From assembly GCA_013166775.1 (NCBI GenBank), contig JABLTJ010000004.1, positions 1 to 64,000 on the forward strand: a DNA stretch of 64,000 bases, read 5' to 3'. This document shows, one piece after another, positions 58,630-64,000 of the stretch; positions within the stretch are counted from its first letter, which is position 1, and every line of letters begins with the position of its first letter. The notes beneath the pieces are model-generated. The model searched no databases and was not told where the DNA came from. It saw nothing but the letters and a program-made list of their open reading frames with translations. A program made the translations under genes and the position numbers. Source of the DNA: Promethearchaeati archaeon. GTDB taxonomy: Archaea; Asgardarchaeota; Heimdallarchaeia; Heimdallarchaeales; Heimdallarchaeaceae.

Positions 58630-59709
58630 GTGAAAAATATGGAAAGCGATGAAATTAGAATAGCAATTGCGGGAATTGGAAACATAGCATCAGGTTTACT
58701 ACAGGGGATAACTTATCTTAATCAATTTAAAGAAGAGAAGAACAAGCTTCTGCACCCAAAAATAGGAAGTTATGAAGCTCGCAAAATAAGAATTGTTGCA
58801 GCTTTTGATATTGATTCTACCAAAGTACAAACAGATATCTCCGATGCAATATTTGCACCGATCAATTGTACTCCAAAACTTGTTAATGTTGAAAAACTTG
58901 GAGTACAGGTTGAAAAAGGTCCAGTGAAAGATGGTCTCTCTGAAATTCTACAGAAAGTCATCAATATAGCTGATGGAGAAGAAGTTGATGTTGTTTCTAT
59001 TCTTAAGGAATCAGATGCTGAGATGTTAATTTGTGCAATACCTACAGGTGCAGAAAAAGCAGTAGAAGCATATGCTCAAGCAGCTCTCGATGCAGAAATA
59101 GCTTTCATAAATTGCACTCCTACTACAATAGCAAGTGATCCTACCTGGTCTAAGAAATACAAACAAGCAAATATTTGTTTAATTGGAGATGATCTACAAT
59201 CACTAGCTGGTGGAACTGTTTTGCATAAAGGTTTCTTGGACGTATTGAAAGAACAAGGCGTCATCATTAAAGATACATATCAATTGGATGTAGCAGGTGG
59301 ATTGGAAACCTTAAACACACTTGATGATGATAGAAAAGAATACAAGAGAAACGTGAAGGAGAGAAGTATCCAGCAATCAGTTGATAATCACATAAACCTA
59401 GCAAGTGGCACATCTGATTATCTAGAATTTCTAGGTAATAGAAGAATTGGTCATTTTTGGATATACGGAGAGGGATTCATGAATATGCCAGTGAAAATTG
59501 ATATTCGTTTAGAGACTCTAGATGGACCGAATGGCGCAGCTACTCTTATTGATGTTATAAGAGCAACAAAGCTTGCACAAAGAAGAGCAGGAAGCGGTCC
59601 TATTAGTTCTATATGTGCATTTGGTTTCAAAGCCCCTCCAGTAACAACCAATAGACACAATGCAGGCAAATGGTTTGATGAATATATTGTAGGGAAGAGA
59701 ATAGATTAA
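58630..59709 (+). CDS. Divergent myo-inositol-1-phosphate synthase paralog
   Basis: Colinear with ino1 (GIGNIAS, GDD, DGPNGA, FKAPP) but with altered active-site loops. Confidence 0.85.
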   Translation: MKNMESDEIRIAIAGIGNIASGLLQGITYLNQFKEEKNKLLHPKIGSYEARKIRIVAAFDIDSTKVQTDISDAIFAPINCTPKLVNVEKLGVQVEKGPVKDGLSEILQKVINIADGEEVDVVSILKESDAEMLICAIPTGAEKAVEAYAQAALDAEIAFINCTPTTIASDPTWSKKYKQANICLIGDDLQSLAGGTVLHKGFLDVLKEQGVIIKDTYQLDVAGGLETLNTLDDDRKEYKRNVKERSIQQSVDNHINLASGTSDYLEFLGNRRIGHFWIYGEGFMNMPVKIDIRLETLDGPNGAATLIDVIRATKLAQRRAGSGPISSICAFGFKAPPVTTNRHNAGKWFDEYIVGKRID

Positions 59710-59728
59710 CTCCCTATCTTTTCATCCC

Positions 59729-60703
59729 TTATATTATGATGAGATAATCTGTCATTTCAATTAATTTCCTGCGTGCTTCAGAAGAAGGGAAATTATTAAG
59801 AATAGCTTTTGCTTCGTCAGTATAATCTTTTATTAACTGCTTTATTGAATCAATAGCTCCAGAATCAGAAATTAATTTTTTAATTAATGACGGTGAAATA
59901 TCTTTCTTCAGTAGATAATAATCCTCAAGGATTTCCTTTTGTTCTTCATTTCCTAATGCCATAGCCTCTATAACAATATATGTTTGAATTCTGTTTGTAA
60001 TATCGGTCCATACACCTGATTTTCCCAACTCATTTTCTGTGGATGTGAGAGAGAGAATATCATCACGTAATTGAAAAGATCTACCAAACAACTTACCAAA
60101 TAATCTCATATCTTCTTTATCTTTATCTCCATGCTTTACAAGCATAGTACCTATTACAGAAGCAGCTTCAAACAGACTGGATGTTTTTTTATCAATCAAT
60201 TTCAAAGCATCTTCTTTTGTCATTTTTTCCCCTATTGATCTAAATTTCTGCTCAAGAAACAAGGAAGCGGAAAGAGTATGAAGAGCATTAATCAATTCCT
60301 CTACGACCTCTATATCATTTGTTTGGGATGCCAGACTTAATGCGAGACTGCTCATAGAATAAGATAATGAAAGTGCTGCAAAAGTAGAAAATTTAAGATA
60401 AAAAGCTTTTTCACTTCTTCTAAAAACATCTTTATCAAATATATCATCCACTAAAAGGGAAGCATTATGAATAACTTCTAAGGCACATGCTGCTGCATAG
60501 CTCATGTCATTACGTTCTTTACAAGATATCATTTCAAAAGAAAACAAGCACAGAAGAGGTCGTATTCTTTTTCCCCCACGTTGTAAAATATGATCTATTA
60601 GATCGTTTATTTCTTCCTCGTATGGACTATGGTCTCTAAGATTTGCAAGATAGGAGTTAATATGGTCAATATCTAAAGAGAAAATTTCATCGATTTGAGA
60701 CAT
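59729..60703 (-). CDS. trans-polyprenyl diphosphate synthase
   Basis: GGKRIRP, first Asp-rich motif DDIFD..RR, KTSSLF, FQLRDDILS, GK. Confidence 0.9.
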   Translation of the reverse strand: MSQIDEIFSLDIDHINSYLANLRDHSPYEEEINDLIDHILQRGGKRIRPLLCLFSFEMISCKERNDMSYAAACALEVIHNASLLVDDIFDKDVFRRSEKAFYLKFSTFAALSLSYSMSSLALSLASQTNDIEVVEELINALHTLSASLFLEQKFRSIGEKMTKEDALKLIDKKTSSLFEAASVIGTMLVKHGDKDKEDMRLFGKLFGRSFQLRDDILSLTSTENELGKSGVWTDITNRIQTYIVIEAMALGNEEQKEILEDYYLLKKDISPSLIKKLISDSGAIDSIKQLIKDYTDEAKAILNNFPSSEARRKLIEMTDYLIII

Positions 60704-60748
60704 GAGAATTAAATAAATGCCGAGTAGATATTAATAAAGTTATTGAAT

Positions 60749-62215
60749 TTATGAAAATGTTTCTGTCATAAACGTGCATAGATCAAAAATCCGTGTACTG
60801 AAAATTAAAAATACGATAACAAGGAAAAGTGAGAATAAAAGTGCCATATATATGCTAGGCTCAACTGTAGAATAACGAATAGTTGGTACTCTTCTCTCAA
60901 AGTATAAAATCTTCAAAATCCTTGCAAGATATACAAATGAAAGTACTATTTGTAGATCGAATAGAACCATTATAAAATATAATGAGGAAGGCATGAGACT
61001 GTAATTAAAGAGATTCGTTTGAAAACCTATTGCGATTGGAAAAGCAAAGAGAAGAATGAATGCTAGAAGCATCAGAAAAGGTAGGAGATAGGTTCTTCTA
61101 CCTAAACCTCTTAGATCATTTAACTCAAATGTATCATAACCCTTTGAAATTATGCTAGTAACAGCTAAAGTAAAGGAATAGAATAGAATATATGCCAAAG
61201 ATAGATAACATAAACCTTGATAGATATTTACTACAATCTCTTGATCGATATTGAATGAAAATAAGAAAGAGATTAGAAGAAAAATAAAACCTATATGAGA
61301 AAGACTCACGTAATTAACGAGTTTTTGTAATTTTTCTTCTGTCATTGAAGCTAAAATTCCCCAAAATGTGAAAATAATTCCGGAAATAACAAAGATCCAT
61401 TGAAGAACTTTTGAGTAATCAGAATATCTGAAAATACTAAGTATTTTAATCAAAAACACTATAGATATACCTCTCTGAACAACGATTAACAATTGTGAGG
61501 ACGAATTCTTTTTCTGATCTGAATGAGAGAAAATCCTGAGATGGAAAGGTGGGCATCCGAGCTGAATATACAGGAAGAATAGAATGAAAGATAGACATAG
61601 AAATTCCCAAATCTTTTGGATTCCTAACATGTTATGAATATGATAAGAATTTTCAGTAATATTGTAACAAATTATACTCACGAAAAGAATAACTATCGAC
61701 AAAGCGTTCATTATGAAATAAGGTGAAATGAAGTTTTGATTATTATCTTCGTTCTGAGTATACATAATTCGAATGTAAAAATTAAAGGAAGCGAAAAGTA
61801 AAATATACCCAAGAAAGACCAAAAGCCAAGAAACTGCGGAAACGATAAAAAAACTACCTGCTTGAATGAGAAGAAGTGAAATAAATGCATTAAAACTCTT
61901 TTCTGAGCAGATATCTGTTTCCTTAATAGTAACAAATTCTGCAAGAATAATGCCAATGCTGATTACTAAATAAGCACCAACTGAGAAGGGAGAGAATTCA
62001 CTAAGAAAGAAAATTGATGTCTCATATTGAAAAGGGGATATAGTATAACCTATTGCTATCATTGAAATAATGCTACAGATTATTGATACATAACCAAAGA
62101 GTATCCTCATCCTCCCATTAAAAATGAGAAATTTCCTCACAATCTTATTTGCTAATCCACCTAATATCATAAGTGAAAAAACACCTATTAATAATATCTC
62201 AATATGGAGGAACAT
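60749..62215 (-). CDS. NuoN/Mrp-antiporter-like membrane subunit (divergent)
   Basis: About 14 TM helices, LGCPPFH, LVNYVSLSHIGF, DLRGLGRR, YLARILKILYF. Confidence 0.75.
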   Translation of the reverse strand: MFLHIEILLIGVFSLMILGGLANKIVRKFLIFNGRMRILFGYVSIICSIISMIAIGYTISPFQYETSIFFLSEFSPFSVGAYLVISIGIILAEFVTIKETDICSEKSFNAFISLLLIQAGSFFIVSAVSWLLVFLGYILLFASFNFYIRIMYTQNEDNNQNFISPYFIMNALSIVILFVSIICYNITENSYHIHNMLGIQKIWEFLCLSFILFFLYIQLGCPPFHLRIFSHSDQKKNSSSQLLIVVQRGISIVFLIKILSIFRYSDYSKVLQWIFVISGIIFTFWGILASMTEEKLQKLVNYVSLSHIGFIFLLISFLFSFNIDQEIVVNIYQGLCYLSLAYILFYSFTLAVTSIISKGYDTFELNDLRGLGRRTYLLPFLMLLAFILLFAFPIAIGFQTNLFNYSLMPSSLYFIMVLFDLQIVLSFVYLARILKILYFERRVPTIRYSTVEPSIYMALLFSLFLVIVFLIFSTRIFDLCTFMTETFS

Positions 62216-62264
62216 TTTTAGAAACTCAACATGATAACTCAGTCGATATCACCTCTACTTAGTC

Positions 62265-64000
62265 TCATTTGACGGTACCTCCAAAGTAAAAAGCTATTAC
62301 AATAATTAGTAAAATGATCATGAAAACAGCAGCTAGCTGTAATTGTTGTTTAAGATTGATTCCCTCTAAATGTCTCAGAAATTTAGATGCGTTTTCAAAC
62401 ATTCTTTTTATGAAGGGGATAATTATGTCAAAAACTAATTTTCTTAAACCTTTGACTAAAATCCTTAACCATAAGTAAGTGTAACTAAAAACAATTCCAA
62501 CAAAGAATCCAATAATTATTCTTTTCTTAATCCAAGCAGCTGAGGGGAGTATTATTTTCAAGTAAATTACTGCACATAGCTCAAAGATGAAATCATATGT
62601 AATAATCTTTTGAAGAATATCACTAATTGACTCAGTTTTATGGGAGAAAAACTTTTGTTGCCTTTTGAAATAGCGAGTTGTAAGTATGAATAATAAACTG
62701 AAAATAAAACCTATAGCTGCAACAGGTAAAGCTGATTTCAGGTATAATCTTGATTCAGATAAGATAATCACTGGAAAGTGTTCTAAAGGTAATAGATAGG
62801 GTAATAACACACTAAATAGGATTATAGCTAAAGAGCTTCCTATTAAAATAAACACGTTTAATAGTTCTATTTCAGATTGAGATTTCTGAATCCATATTTC
62901 GTTTACTGTTCGAAAAACTAGATAAACGATAAAAGCTGAAGATATTATTCCACAGGCTAAAAGTCCATTATTGAAAAGAATATCTGCGTGATCTAAAGTG
63001 TAAGTAATAGAAACAAGAGAACTATTCAATGGAGGAATCCCTATTAGCGATAGACTCGCAATTAAGATTGGGATCGATAATAATACTGAGACTAAGATAG
63101 AGGGAGAAGATTGTTTTTCTCCTTCTTCAATAGTTTTTCTCTCCTTTAAAACATAAACAGAAAGTATGCTAAAGATGAAAGGAAGAAGAATTATTTGTTG
63201 GAAAGCAGCTATATAAAAATCCAATCCAATGGTGAAAAGAATTATTCCACTGTAAAATGATAACAGCAATGTTAAAGCAACCTTTTTCTTTTGTATCAAA
63301 ACAGCTAAGACTGAACTCAAGAGAGCAATAATGACTCCATACCATACTATTCCATTCTTAATTAATGAAATTATCCCAATATAAGGTGTTATGTAGAAAA
63401 ACAGTAGTATTACAGATATATATAAGAAAACTATTTGAAATATCCAAGGAATATTTGAATTCCACGATTTTCTCTTCCACTCATGAAATGGGAAAAGTGA
63501 GATTTTTGCAGTTAATCCAACAAGAAAAATACTACAAACAGCAATGAAAAATGGATGAGAAAGATTATAGTGGAAACTGATGTCGTGCAATATGGAGGAA
63601 AAATCGAAAGTCTTAGAAAGTTTTATGATTAGTCCAAAGCTGGATAATAAAAATGAATTTCCAATAATAAGAGAAAATATCACTTGTTTTACACCTCTAA
63701 TATCACCTAAATCTGAATTTCTGAAGGAAATCTGAATAAACCTAAGAATCACTATATCTAGAAAAATCATAAACAACGTAAGTTGGAAGAAATTAGGCGA
63801 ATAGAGCAAGAGAACAAAAATAGCTAAAAAGAGTGAGATTTTGTCAAGATAGTTTTTTTGCATCTTTTCTTTATTCAGAATAATTCTACAGGATAAGAGA
63901 GAAGATATAATAAAGAAAAATGAATAAGAGAGAATTTGTATAGATTTTATCTGAAAACCTAATTCAAACATAAAGTTTTTGCTTCCAAACAGAAGGATTT
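62265..64000 (-). CDS. NuoL/Mrp-antiporter-like membrane subunit (divergent; 5' end outside the window)
   Basis: AKISLFPFHEW, SLIGIPPL, long C-terminal amphipathic helix plus terminal TM. The frame stays open upstream of ATG 63971 to the window edge. Confidence 0.72.
   Translation of the reverse strand, partial: ILLFGSKNFMFELGFQIKSIQILSYSFFFIISSLLSCRIILNKEKMQKNYLDKISLFLAIFVLLLYSPNFFQLTLFMIFLDIVILRFIQISFRNSDLGDIRGVKQVIFSLIIGNSFLLSSFGLIIKLSKTFDFSSILHDISFHYNLSHPFFIAVCSIFLVGLTAKISLFPFHEWKRKSWNSNIPWIFQIVFLYISVILLFFYITPYIGIISLIKNGIVWYGVIIALLSSVLAVLIQKKKVALTLLLSFYSGIILFTIGLDFYIAAFQQIILLPFIFSILSVYVLKERKTIEEGEKQSSPSILVSVLLSIPILIASLSLIGIPPLNSSLVSITYTLDHADILFNNGLLACGIISSAFIVYLVFRTVNEIWIQKSQSEIELLNVFILIGSSLAIILFSVLLPYLLPLEHFPVIILSESRLYLKSALPVAAIGFIFSLLFILTTRYFKRQQKFFSHKTESISDILQKIITYDFIFELCAVIYLKIILPSAAWIKKRIIIGFFVGIVFSYTYLWLRILVKGLRKLVFDIIIPFIKRMFENASKFLRHLEGINLKQQLQLAAVFMIILLIIVIAFYFGGTVK

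Noticed and set aside
1230-63547. Many short (60-130 aa) ORFs in the track that overlap longer genes, e.g. 15867..16235, 20259..20588, 44681..45079
   Set aside because: Antisense or alternate-frame shadows of well-supported genes, with no motifs of their own.
1-64000. rRNA, tRNA, CRISPR arrays, transposases/integrases
   Set aside because: No cloverleaf or long GC-rich RNA-like tracts, no regularly spaced repeats and no transposase motifs were seen by eye.

Overview
AT-rich, gene-dense archaeal chromosomal segment, most likely from an Asgard archaeon (Heimdallarchaeia-like). The assignment is inferred from the archaeal information machinery (MCM, Hel308, GINS23, NurA/HerA, Lsm, RIO2, eS17, deoxyhypusine synthase) together with two eukaryotic-signature proteins (a Rab-like GTPase and an ESCRT-II Vps22/36-like protein). 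Other content: a porCDAB oxidoreductase operon, an orphan N6-adenine methyltransferase, a MoxR/vWA pair, an ABC-2 exporter, class II HMG-CoA reductase, tandem inositol-1-phosphate synthase paralogs, a polyprenyl synthase and two divergent NuoL/NuoN-like subunits. No rRNA, tRNA, CRISPR array or transposase was recognised. The most notable observations are: a candidate programmed -1 frameshift fusing MoxR to its vWA partner (A_AAA_AAA plus a downstream hairpin); a P-loop-less RecA-fold protein resembling Elp4; a divergent second MIPS; complex-I antiporter subunits lacking their charged residues; a PIN-helical fusion protein; promoter-bearing intergenic hairpins (candidate sRNAs); and non-AUG starts. 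All calls come from reading motifs by eye; no database searches were run.
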